From positions 1-57,352 of the forward strand of contig VMFT01000003.1 in assembly GCA_007376195.1 (NCBI GenBank): DNA of 57,352 nt, read 5' to 3'. The number at the start of each line of letters is the position of its first letter. The first letter of the stretch is position 1. The stretch is from Parcubacteria group bacterium Gr01-1014_29. Lineage in GTDB: Bacteria; Patescibacteriota; Minisyncoccia; Ryanbacterales; 2-02-FULL-48-12. This document shows, piece by piece, positions 9,164 to 17,583 of this stretch. The position numbers and the translations under genes were made by a program. The notes under the pieces were generated by a model. It had not been told where the DNA came from. It did no database searches and was given only the letters and a program-made list of their open reading frames with translations.

Positions 9164-11413
9164 ATGCATAAACTTCTTATTTTAATCAGACAACATTTCC
9201 GAAACCCACTGCTTTTTCTGGCAGTGTTGGCTGTTGTGTTTGTTGCGGCGTTTTCTCCGATCTTTTCACAAAATGTTGACGCGCAGCCACCCCCAACACC
9301 GTCACCAAACACGACGTTTGCCTGCAACACTGCTACTGGATGTAGTACGAATAGGTTTGATACAAGCACCTGTGACAATCAGTGTTTATCAGATGAAACA
9401 TGTATACCATCAAACCAGTGTACAAGTGTCACCAATCCAACAAAGGAAGCGCTTGATGCTGCTGCGAGCGGTGTTGTAACCTGGGCAGTCGAAAAAGTCC
9501 TTGAAGGTATTGTCGAAATCCTGAAATTCATTAACTCCATGCTCGTTAAGCTTGTGGGTGTGTTTGCGCAATTGCTTGACGCGGCAATTGCTCTTTCACT
9601 AGCGGGTTTGGGCGGCATAGAGGCAATAACCATCGGCTGGACTATCACGCGCGATATTGCCAACATCTTCTTTATATTTATTCTTCTTATCATTGCCATC
9701 GCGACCATTTTGCGGCTTGAGCAATACGGCGCAAAACAGCTTTTGCCAAAACTTATCATTATTGCGCTCCTCATTAACTTCAGCTTAGTTATTGCCTTTG
9801 CTGTTGTGGATGCATCTAACGTTTTGGCGCTTGCGTTCATTGGAGAAATTTCTCCTGTGTCAGACAAAATAGCGACAGTTCTTCAAATCAGTAAAATAAA
9901 CACCAAAACTGAACCGCAAGCAGAACACACTGAAATAGACTGGCAATCTGTTACGTCAACAGGTTGGCCCGCAGGAATGGGAATCATCAACCAACCATTT
10001 ACCCTTGATGCTACAATCATAGCGAACGCACCTGTTCAAAACGTATTTAGCGAACAATCCACAGAATTCTTTTGGCAAGCGACAATTCTTATTCTGCTAC
10101 TCACACTTATATTCGTATTTATATCGCTTAGTGTGATGCTGTTAATTCGCAGTGTCGCCTTGATTATTATTTTTGTGCTCGCACCTCTTGGGTTTCTTGC
10201 CGCTATTTTGCCACAAACCCGCGGATATAGCACTCAATGGTGGCAAAAATTGTTTCATTGGGCGTTTTTCTTCCCGGCATCGGCTTTTATGATATACCTT
10301 GCCTTGCAATATGGCGCGCAGATGACACAAATATTCGGTAGCGGGACAGGAAGCCACGTTATAAACACGGGGGTATTATTCAATTACTTTGTCGTTGTGG
10401 CACTCCTCATCGGCTCGCTCATTGTGGCACGCCAAATGGGCATTGCGGGGGCGGCGGCGGCCATAGGCATCGGCGCGGGGCTTGCCCGCAGAGCACGAGG
10501 GTATGCGGGCAAAATGGGCCGCGGGGCCGCGTATTACGGGTATCGCGGGGTAACAGCCCTTCCACGAGCAGGCGCACGAGCGGCCGGCAGGGGAATTGGC
10601 GATTGGGCTGGACGGAAACTTGAAGGTACGGCAGGGACAATACCGATTCTTCGCGGGGGACTTTTGCGTATATCTGAAGCCCGTGAGAAAGCTCTGGCTG
10701 AGGAAATGAAGCGTATGGGCAATCTTTCGGCGCCAGCGCTTGCCAATTTCCAAGGGGGCCTTACGGGAATGAGCTATGAAGCAGGCATACGGACATTTGC
10801 CAAGTTGAGACCCGAAGATCAGCGCCGGTATGCGGACACTATGGGCAAAGACAAGTTTAACAAGTTCGCCGAGGTGGTAGGGCAGCAGCTTGGTGAGCCG
10901 GGCAAGAAACTCGCCGCCAAGGCAACGGGGGACGTGCACGAGGCAATGCGCATTTTGCACCGCAAGCAGTTTGGGGATATGGCGCATGAGCCTGCCGAGG
11001 GCGAGGCCGGGTATGACGCATACCAGCAACAGGCGCATGATTACCTTTCCGGTCTTACAACCAAGGAAATCGGCATGTTGAGTGTCAATACCGTACGGAC
11101 CAGTGATGCGCTCCGCGAATATATATTCAGAAATTCTGAAAACATGAAAGAAATGCTCACCAAACGAGAACACGTTCAAGCGTTTAGTGAGAACATTAAT
11201 GACCATTTGAACAAAAATATAACCCTCATGACTTTAGCCGGTGTCTCACGTAATGATCAAATTGCAAACGAAATAAAAGCAAAAGGCGGCCCCATTACGC
11301 TTGAGACTGCGTTCCGAAGCGGTATCGGGGTTAATGTAGTATTAAACCCAAGCAAAGTTCCCATCGGCACAAAACGCGGTATTGTAACAACCGTAACCGC
11401 GGAAGGAGAATAG
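9164..11413 (+). CDS. VirB6/TrbL-like polytopic membrane protein of T4SS-like locus
   Basis: Signal peptide, Cys-rich extracellular N-domain, then at least 6 hydrophobic helices and an Arg/Gly/Ala-rich cytoplasmic tail. This architecture and its position beside a VirB4 gene are typical of VirB6/TrbL/PrgH analogues. No sequence search was possible. Confidence 0.55.
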   Translation: MHKLLILIRQHFRNPLLFLAVLAVVFVAAFSPIFSQNVDAQPPPTPSPNTTFACNTATGCSTNRFDTSTCDNQCLSDETCIPSNQCTSVTNPTKEALDAAASGVVTWAVEKVLEGIVEILKFINSMLVKLVGVFAQLLDAAIALSLAGLGGIEAITIGWTITRDIANIFFIFILLIIAIATILRLEQYGAKQLLPKLIIIALLINFSLVIAFAVVDASNVLALAFIGEISPVSDKIATVLQISKINTKTEPQAEHTEIDWQSVTSTGWPAGMGIINQPFTLDATIIANAPVQNVFSEQSTEFFWQATILILLLTLIFVFISLSVMLLIRSVALIIIFVLAPLGFLAAILPQTRGYSTQWWQKLFHWAFFFPASAFMIYLALQYGAQMTQIFGSGTGSHVINTGVLFNYFVVVALLIGSLIVARQMGIAGAAAAIGIGAGLARRARGYAGKMGRGAAYYGYRGVTALPRAGARAAGRGIGDWAGRKLEGTAGTIPILRGGLLRISEAREKALAEEMKRMGNLSAPALANFQGGLTGMSYEAGIRTFAKLRPEDQRRYADTMGKDKFNKFAEVVGQQLGEPGKKLAAKATGDVHEAMRILHRKQFGDMAHEPAEGEAGYDAYQQQAHDYLSGLTTKEIGMLSVNTVRTSDALREYIFRNSENMKEMLTKREHVQAFSENINDHLNKNITLMTLAGVSRNDQIANEIKAKGGPITLETAFRSGIGVNVVLNPSKVPIGTKRGIVTTVTAEGE

Positions 11414-11417
11414 ATAT

Positions 11418-11508
11418 GACGCACCTTTCAAGAAAAATATTCTCCGATGGCCTTGAAATAACAGAAAATTGTCGGCCATATAGAACATTTTTTCCTGAAA
11501 GGTGCGTC
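11418..11508. repeat. 91 nt hairpin repeat family B, copy 1
   Basis: It is the reverse complement of 43318-43408 with 6 mismatches by eye, 4 of which are compensatory pairs in the terminal stem. Confidence 0.85.
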
Positions 11509-11538
11509 AAAGGAGTATGTAACTTAAATAACTAACCC

Positions 11539-12645
11539 ATGGACGACACAACAAACAAACAACCAAATGAGATATTCGACCGCCTTGAAAAACTCCCTCC
11601 GGAGTTAAAGGACGTTATGTTTTCAACCGTTACGGCCGAAAAGATGTTTGATATCGGCAAGCGGCACGGCCTTCTGGTGGACAAACTGGGCGACATGGCG
11701 CACGAAACCGGGCTTTTGATGCTTGGCGTAACACACCCTGATGAATTTATCGGCAACCTTGCTTCCCGACTTGAAGTAAACACACAAAAAGCAAACGCGA
11801 TAGCCGACGACATAAACCGCGAAATCTTTGCTCCCGTACGCGAACAGTTACGCGCAGTGTTTGGGGGAACTGCTGGTCAGGGAGAAACACCAACTAATAA
11901 AATCCCTCCCGGCCTCCCTTTTCCAAAGGGAGGAGAGAAATCAATTCCCCTTGAGAAATTAACTCCCCCTTTGGAAAAGGGGGTTATGGGGGATTTGCAA
12001 GGTACTAGCACCAAACCTGAAACAACTTTAGAAGACCTTGAGGCCGAGCTGGAGCACGCTCTTGCCGGACAAGGAGGTGGACAACCATTGAGTGTGGTTA
12101 AAAAACCAGCCAATCTAGGTTACAAAGGCGCTGATCCCTATCGCGAACAAGTTGAGGAGCATATGCCAAATGTACGAGGCGCACCCTATGTGCCGAGCAA
12201 AGAACAAGTAGTAAGTAGTACGTATCAAGGGAAAGAAGAGCCCAAGCCGATCAAAGAAATATCAATAGCAACACCGACACCAAAGTCGGTCGAGGAGCCG
12301 TCCGTGTTTTCGCCTCTATCGCCAAAACCCGCAGAGTCTGCAACAAAAGAACACGACACTCAAAAGGCATCAGGCTTCAAATTTCAAAATTCAACCTCCA
12401 GCAAAAACGATGAAGATGTATTAAAAGAAATCACAGGTGACACAAAAAACGGGTCGCTCCAAGCATTTCGCGGATTTAATATGAATAATAACCGATCGGT
12501 TGAGAACCCGCCGCGCTATGGATTTTCGAAACTGCCTCCGTACAGGGAAAATCCTACTGCAAAACCAACACCGGCAGAGCCAGTGGGAATGCCACAACCC
12601 ATTACTAAAAACCAGAACGATTCATACAGGGAAAAAATTGAGTAG
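11539..12645 (+). CDS. Hypothetical low-complexity protein (T4SS-like locus) containing a translated family A repeat
   Basis: ORF of 368 aa. Residues KIPPGLPFPKGGEKSIPLEKLTPPLEKGVMGDL are encoded by repeat copy 11899-11996. The C-terminal half is Pro/Lys/Ser rich. Confidence 0.5.
   Translation: MDDTTNKQPNEIFDRLEKLPPELKDVMFSTVTAEKMFDIGKRHGLLVDKLGDMAHETGLLMLGVTHPDEFIGNLASRLEVNTQKANAIADDINREIFAPVREQLRAVFGGTAGQGETPTNKIPPGLPFPKGGEKSIPLEKLTPPLEKGVMGDLQGTSTKPETTLEDLEAELEHALAGQGGGQPLSVVKKPANLGYKGADPYREQVEEHMPNVRGAPYVPSKEQVVSSTYQGKEEPKPIKEISIATPTPKSVEEPSVFSPLSPKPAESATKEHDTQKASGFKFQNSTSSKNDEDVLKEITGDTKNGSLQAFRGFNMNNNRSVENPPRYGFSKLPPYRENPTAKPTPAEPVGMPQPITKNQNDSYREKIE
11899..11996. repeat. Palindromic repeat family A, copy 2 (long variant, translated in frame)
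   Basis: AAAATCCCTCCCGGCCTCCCTTTTCCAAAGGGAGGA..(28 nt)..CTCCCCCTTTGGAAAAGGGGGTTATGGGGGATTT. Confidence 0.85.
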
Positions 12646-12852
12646 GTATGCAGCCCCACATCTTTTTTGCAAAACGAATCTATGTATGCTGAAACTTTAA
12701 AATTTACAACCAAATCATGGCAAAGCGCTTCGCCCATTAAGGGTTGCGCTATTCGCGCACGCGCTTTGCGAAGTATGCCATGGCAAAAAATAAGCGGGGC
12801 TGTCATTTTCGCAGCTATATTTTATTCGCTACGCTCTAAAATATAGGCGAAA

Positions 12853-13223
12853 ATGCAGCAGTTTCAAGTGCCGCAATTTATTGAGGTAGAAGACAAAATT
12901 TTTGGGCCGCTTACGACAAAGCAGTTCTTTTATCTTTTGGGCGGGGGGGGAACTCCGCGGCGTATATGTTGAAGCCGCGCTTGTATTTATGGCAAAAATC
13001 CAAAGAACGAAAGGAGGAGGCCCAAGAAGAAGACAAAAAAATCCGCACGGGGCTTATTATCCCGAAAGTTACGCAAAGCAAATTAAACGACTTGGCCTGG
13101 TCGCTTGATATTATGCAGAATGTCAGAAAAAAAGACGAGCGCGCGCCAACCACGGACACTTCGGGCGATTACAAAAACATCATCACAAGCGCGCGTGTAA
13201 GCGGAGGTGAAAACAGAAATTAA
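12853..13223 (+). pseudogene. PrgI/VirB3-like T4SS gene, frameshifted at a G8 run and lacking the usual TM segment
   Basis: Frame 1 gives MQQFQVPQFIEVEDKIFGPLTTKQFFYLLGGGG, then a stop at 12970. Frame 3 continues with PRLYLWQK...IPKVTQSKLNDLAWSLDI, the motifs I recall from PrgI-family proteins. The frames switch at GGGGGGGG 12943-12950. Confidence 0.55.
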
Positions 13224-13331
13224 ATCAGACTGCCAACTGAAAAAAGCAGTTGTGTTGTGTAAATGTGCCGAGCCAAGCTATCCACAATTCCGGTTACACC
13301 GGAATGTGTAGAGCTCGGCTAGTCACATTTT

Positions 13332-14009
13332 ATGGCAAAACCACTTCCCGCACAACAACTTGTTGAAGTTCAGGAAATACGCGACGGTGTGTTGCTATTG
13401 AAAGATGGGTCGCTTCGCGTTGTTTTGATTGCATCGTCCATCAACTTCGCGCTGAAATCGCAAGAAGAACAAGACGCTATAATTTTTCAATACCAAAACT
13501 ACCTTAATTCGCTTGATTTTTCCGTTGAGGCATTTGTGCAATCGCGCCATCTTAACATCGAGCCGTACCTTGAGGTGTTGCGGGAACGCCTCGGACGCGA
13601 ATTTAACGAGCTTATGAAAATACAGATTACCGAATACATAGACTTCGTAAAATCATTTGTGGAAAGCTCTCATATTATGGCGAAGGGCTTTTATGTGGTA
13701 GTGCCATTTACACCCCTGCGTCTGCCCCGGCAGGCAAGCATTCAAAGATCGGTCCTTAAGTTCCTGCCCGACTTGTCCGGCCGCACAAAAAAACAGGCAA
13801 AAGAAATGCGTGAACATGGTGTTACCCAGGAACGGTTTGAAGAATACAAAACCCAGTTATTTCAGCGCGTGGAAGTAACGCGCCAAGGCCTCGGACGCCT
13901 CGGGGTGCGCATTGTGCCGCTTAACACCGAAGAGCTGATAGAACTCTTTTACAGTTTGTACAATCCGGGGGAAATTGAAAAAGGGAAGATACCGGAAGTG
14001 GCAACATAA
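13332..14009 (+). CDS. VirB4/TrsE-type N-terminal domain protein (separate ORF)
   Basis: LVEVQEIRDGVLLLKDGSLRVVLIASSINFALKSQEEQDAIIFQYQNYLNSLDF resembles the N-terminal region of Gram-positive VirB4-like ATPases. It is in the same reading frame as the next ORF, 90 nt away. Confidence 0.6.
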   Translation: MAKPLPAQQLVEVQEIRDGVLLLKDGSLRVVLIASSINFALKSQEEQDAIIFQYQNYLNSLDFSVEAFVQSRHLNIEPYLEVLRERLGREFNELMKIQITEYIDFVKSFVESSHIMAKGFYVVVPFTPLRLPRQASIQRSVLKFLPDLSGRTKKQAKEMREHGVTQERFEEYKTQLFQRVEVTRQGLGRLGVRIVPLNTEELIELFYSLYNPGEIEKGKIPEVAT

Positions 14010-14016
14010 TAGCAAA

Positions 14017-14098
14017 TTAGGCTTTAGGCTCTAGGCTCTAGGTATTAGGAAATACACTTGAGACCTGAAGCCTAGCGCCTAAAAACTAGCGCCTAGCA
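14017..14098. repeat. Heptad-periodic inverted array (TTAGGCT x5 / CCTAGCG-type x5) filling the gap between the two VirB4 ORFs
   Basis: TTAGGCT TTAGGCT CTAGGCT CTAGGTA TTAGGAA - 12 nt - CCTGAAG CCTAGCG CCTAAAA ACTAGCG CCTAGCA, then CA ATG. Confidence 0.85.
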
Positions 14099-14099
14099 C

Positions 14100-15911
14100 A
14101 TGGCTTTCTTATCAAAACTATTTGGTAAAAAACAAGAAGATGGAGAAGGTATCCTTCCGATTTTTCCGCAAGATATTTACTCACACGGCGTTTTAGAACT
14201 GGAAGATGCCATCGCGCCCGCAGCGCTCCAGGTAAACCCATCAAACCTGCGCCTCGGAGAAAAATACACTCGTACACTGTATGTATACGCCTATCCGCGG
14301 TTTTTGGCGACAAGCTGGTTTGCGCCTATCATCAATCTCGATAAAGTGTTTGATATCTCAATTTATATTCATCCGGTTGACACAGCCCTAATTCTGCGCG
14401 ATCTTCGCAAGAAAGTTGCCGAGGTACAATCGCAGATTTCCATACGTGAAGAAAAAGGCCTCGTGCGCGATCCAGTGCTTGATACTGCTTACCAGGATCT
14501 TGAGGCTCTGCGCGACAAACTCCAACAGGCGCAGGAAAAACTCTTTAGCATTGGGCTGTACATCACGCTCTACGGAGACACAGAAAAAGAGCTTACAGAA
14601 ATCGAGACAGAAGTACGTTCTATTCTTGAAGCAAAACTAATCTACGCGAAGCCCGCGCTCTTCCAGCAGCGGGAAGGATTTACCAGCACCCTGCCGCTTC
14701 TGCTTGATAAGCTGGAAGTGCATACCTACATGAACTCGTCCCCGCTTTCAAGTGTGTTTCCGTTTGTATCATTTGACCTCACCTCAAACCGCGGCATACT
14801 CTATGGCATTAATCGCCACAACAACAGCCTTATTTTATTCGACCGCTTTACGCTCGAAAACTACAACACGGTTGTTTTCGCAAAAGCGGGCGCGGGCAAG
14901 TCGTATATGACAAAACTCGAAATCCTGCGTTCGCTTATGTTTGATACTGATGTAATTGTAATAGATCCGGAACGGGAATATGAGTATCTGGCCGAAACCG
15001 TTGGCGGCAGATTCTTTAATATTTCCATCAACTCACACCATCATTTAAATCCCTTTGATCTTCCTTTGCCGCACGAGGATGAGTCGCCCACGGACGTGCT
15101 GCGCTCAAATATCATCAATCTTATTGGCCTCTTCCGGTTGATACTCGGCGGACTCACGCCCGAAGAAGATTCCATCATGGACCGTGCCATTACCGAAGCG
15201 TACGCCGCAAAAGACATTACAGCAGAGGCAGATTTTACGCATATCTCCCCCCCCCTGCTTTCAGACCTGGAGCTGGTGCTCGCGAACATGCAGGGTGGCG
15301 AGACACTGGCATTGCGCCTTAGAAAATACACCGAAGGCACGTGGTCGGGGTTTCTGAACCAACCGACAAATATAAACATCGACAAGCACATGGTGGTATT
15401 CTCGCTGCGCGATATGGAAGAGGAACTTCGTCCCATTGGCATGTATATTGTTACGCATTATATCTGGAATGTTGTGCGGTCTGAACTCAAAAAGCGCATC
15501 CTTATAGTTGATGAGGCCTGGTGGCTGATGAAATCGGAAGATGGCGCATCGTTTCTTTTTGGTCTTACCAAACGCGCCCGCAAATATTTCTTAGGTGTTA
15601 CCACTATTACGCAAGATATCGGCGACTTTATGAACTCGCCCTACGGCAAGCCGATTATCACCAACTCGTCTATTCAGGTACTGTTGAAGCAATCTCCCGC
15701 CACAATTGATATAATGAAAGATGTGTTTAACCTCACCGACGAAGAAAAGTTTCTGCTTTTGGAGTCCGACGTGGGGGAGGGAATTTTCTTCGCGGGGTTG
15801 AAACACGTGGCCATAAAAGTTATCGCCTCCTACACCGAAGACCAGATTATTACATCCGACCCCGAGCAATTATTGGCGATTAAACGGGCGAAAGAAGAAT
15901 TTACACAGTAA
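14100..15911 (+). CDS. virB4: VirB4/TraC-type T4SS ATPase (CagE_TrbE_VirB-like domain + AAA_10-type ATPase)
   Basis: Walker A FAKAGAGKSYMTK, Walker B ILIVDEAWWLM, and YTRTLYVYAYPRFL plus DISIYIHPVD motifs typical of VirB4 middle domains. Confidence 0.85.
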   Translation: MAFLSKLFGKKQEDGEGILPIFPQDIYSHGVLELEDAIAPAALQVNPSNLRLGEKYTRTLYVYAYPRFLATSWFAPIINLDKVFDISIYIHPVDTALILRDLRKKVAEVQSQISIREEKGLVRDPVLDTAYQDLEALRDKLQQAQEKLFSIGLYITLYGDTEKELTEIETEVRSILEAKLIYAKPALFQQREGFTSTLPLLLDKLEVHTYMNSSPLSSVFPFVSFDLTSNRGILYGINRHNNSLILFDRFTLENYNTVVFAKAGAGKSYMTKLEILRSLMFDTDVIVIDPEREYEYLAETVGGRFFNISINSHHHLNPFDLPLPHEDESPTDVLRSNIINLIGLFRLILGGLTPEEDSIMDRAITEAYAAKDITAEADFTHISPPLLSDLELVLANMQGGETLALRLRKYTEGTWSGFLNQPTNINIDKHMVVFSLRDMEEELRPIGMYIVTHYIWNVVRSELKKRILIVDEAWWLMKSEDGASFLFGLTKRARKYFLGVTTITQDIGDFMNSPYGKPIITNSSIQVLLKQSPATIDIMKDVFNLTDEEKFLLLESDVGEGIFFAGLKHVAIKVIASYTEDQIITSDPEQLLAIKRAKEEFTQ

Positions 15912-16029
15912 TACTTTGAATTACGAAACTCCTAAAAATCCCCCTTCATCCCCCTTTTCCAAAGGGGGACATGCGCTCCTCCCTTTGGAAAAGGGAGGTT
16001 GGGAGGGATTTTGTAATTCAAAGAGTAAT
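15908..16029. mobile_element. MITE-like composite: 21 nt terminal inverted repeats enclosing a family A palindrome (copy 3, 15934-16012)
   Basis: Left TIR is GTAATACTTTGAATTACGAAA; its TAA is the virB4 stop. Right TIR is TTTTGTAATTCAAAGAGTAAT, ending 4 nt before the next ATG. The same TIR type bounds 43287-43452. Confidence 0.7.
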
Positions 16030-16033
16030 AAGT

Positions 16034-16564
16034 ATGCCTGAAGAAACAACCGAACAACAATACCAAGCCGAACTGTTGCGCGAGCGACAGCGTGAGCAGC
16101 AGATGAATATTGAAGAGGCGGAACGCGAAATGGAGCTTGCGGAAACGGAGGATCTTTCCCAAACCCAAGCCGCTGGACAAGCAAAAGCGCCTAGGAACAC
16201 ATTTCCTCTATCAGCCATTGCGGTAGGTCTTTGGTTGTTTCCCGCCGCAGCTTTGGATATGTTTGAGTTTTTTGGGCAGGTATTGGCCGCGATTCCGTTT
16301 ATCGGGTTGCCGCTCGCTGGGGCAAGCAGTATTGTTGGGGCAATTTTTAGTGGTATAATGGTTTTGATAGTCGGGTTCTGGCTTCTTATGAAAGGTGTAA
16401 CTCCTTTCTCACCGAGCGGCATCCGGATATTTCTTGTTTTGGGGGCAACCGCGTTTGGCAATGCCATTGTAAACTGGCTGCCGGCGTGGAGTGGATTCTT
16501 TTTGTGGCTTTTCTTTATGGCCCACGCGCGAGAAGCGCTTTTCTTAAATAAATTTAAAAAATGA
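16034..16564 (+). CDS. Hypothetical 4-TM membrane protein (T4SS-like locus)
   Basis: Acidic N-terminus followed by four hydrophobic helices. The start is moved to the ATG at 16034 because the upstream part of the ORF is repeat-derived. Confidence 0.55.
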   Translation: MPEETTEQQYQAELLRERQREQQMNIEEAEREMELAETEDLSQTQAAGQAKAPRNTFPLSAIAVGLWLFPAAALDMFEFFGQVLAAIPFIGLPLAGASSIVGAIFSGIMVLIVGFWLLMKGVTPFSPSGIRIFLVLGATAFGNAIVNWLPAWSGFFLWLFFMAHAREALFLNKFKK

Positions 16565-17583
16565 ATACCACACACAAAACTGGAAACAAAACACACTCGG
16601 TTGTTTTTACTATTTTGTTACACATCCTCGTTGTTATATTTTTTCTTGCCGGACTGCGCGTTTACGGACAAGTCAATGAACCGAAAATAGAATTTGTTTT
16701 GAATCCTACCTATCCGCATGCTTATGAATTCACCAGTGTCACGATACGTTCCTTTAGTTTTGATACCCAAAGCGCGCTATTTTCATGGTCAATTAATGGA
16801 AAACCTGCCAGTACTGGAAGAGGAGTAAAAAGTGCCAGTTTCACCACAGGCCCTCTAGGATCAAAAACCGCCGTTTCTGTAATTATTGTCCCTTTCGAAG
16901 GTATGAAGATAAAAAAAACCATTGACGTATATGCCTCAGACCTTGATATTCTCTGGACAGCATCATCATATACACCACCATTTTATAGAGGGAAATCATT
17001 GCCTACCCGAGGGTCTACCGTTACATTCGTCGCCTCGCCATTCTTTGAAAGCGCCCAAACAGGAAAAGAAACAGATTTCTTGTTTGAATGGAATGTTGAC
17101 GGAAAAGAAATGCGCCAACAATCCGGATACGGCGCTCGTGTGTTTTCTCTCAATATCGGAAGAAACTCAAACACAGAATATCGTATTCAAGCGCGAGTTA
17201 CCAACCCCGCAACAAACGCAACACAAACAAAAAGCTTTTCTTTACCTATATATGATCCCGCATTACTGTTTTACGAACTCCACCCACTGCAGGGTCCGCT
17301 CACCGGACGCGCCATTTCCGACCGACGTGCCATCGCGCCGGATAGTGAAATACAAGTGCTTGCGGTACCGTACTACGCATCACAACCCCCAGCAGCGCTT
17401 GATTTTGGGTGGAAGGTAGAAAACACTGATATCGCGCGGGGAGAAAAAGGAGAGCGCGCCGATGTGTTAACGTATCACGCCGAGCAGGGAAGCAGGGGGC
17501 AACAAATTGTTTCCCTTAGCATTTTGAATCCATTCAATATATTAGAACGCATACAAGAATCATTTCGCATATATGTGGAATAA
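16561..17583 (+). CDS. Membrane-anchored hypothetical protein with three internal beta-rich repeats
   Basis: N-terminal TM. The signature recurs three times: ALFSWSINGKPASTGRG / FLFEWNVDGKEMRQQSG / LDFGWKVENTDIARGEKG. There is a 4 nt overlap with the previous gene. Confidence 0.55.
   Translation: MNTTHKTGNKTHSVVFTILLHILVVIFFLAGLRVYGQVNEPKIEFVLNPTYPHAYEFTSVTIRSFSFDTQSALFSWSINGKPASTGRGVKSASFTTGPLGSKTAVSVIIVPFEGMKIKKTIDVYASDLDILWTASSYTPPFYRGKSLPTRGSTVTFVASPFFESAQTGKETDFLFEWNVDGKEMRQQSGYGARVFSLNIGRNSNTEYRIQARVTNPATNATQTKSFSLPIYDPALLFYELHPLQGPLTGRAISDRRAIAPDSEIQVLAVPYYASQPPAALDFGWKVENTDIARGEKGERADVLTYHAEQGSRGQQIVSLSILNPFNILERIQESFRIYVE

Noticed and set aside
10376-11206. A 276 aa ORF, plus several 60-190 aa ORFs, antisense to the VirB6-like gene and to other long genes (for example 16018..16596, 7173..7724, 38604..39200).
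   Set aside because: They lie entirely within better-supported genes on the opposite strand, in GC-rich or low-complexity stretches. They have Arg/Cys/Pro-skewed composition and no motifs. These are typical shadow ORFs.
14007-14102. Translational bypassing (gene 60-like hop) or splicing across the 90 nt in-frame gap between the two VirB4 ORFs.
   Set aside because: There are no matching take-off and landing codons in the correct frame. The downstream ORF has its own ATG directly at the end of the element. Two separate polypeptides is the simpler reading.
15921-16184. Minus-strand ORFs 15921..16184 and 15932..16180, and the 5' extension of 15971..16564, which encode PFPKGG/PLEKG peptides.
   Set aside because: They are generated by the stop-free palindromic family A element in an intergenic position. 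The downstream gene has a clean ATG at 16034 just outside the element.
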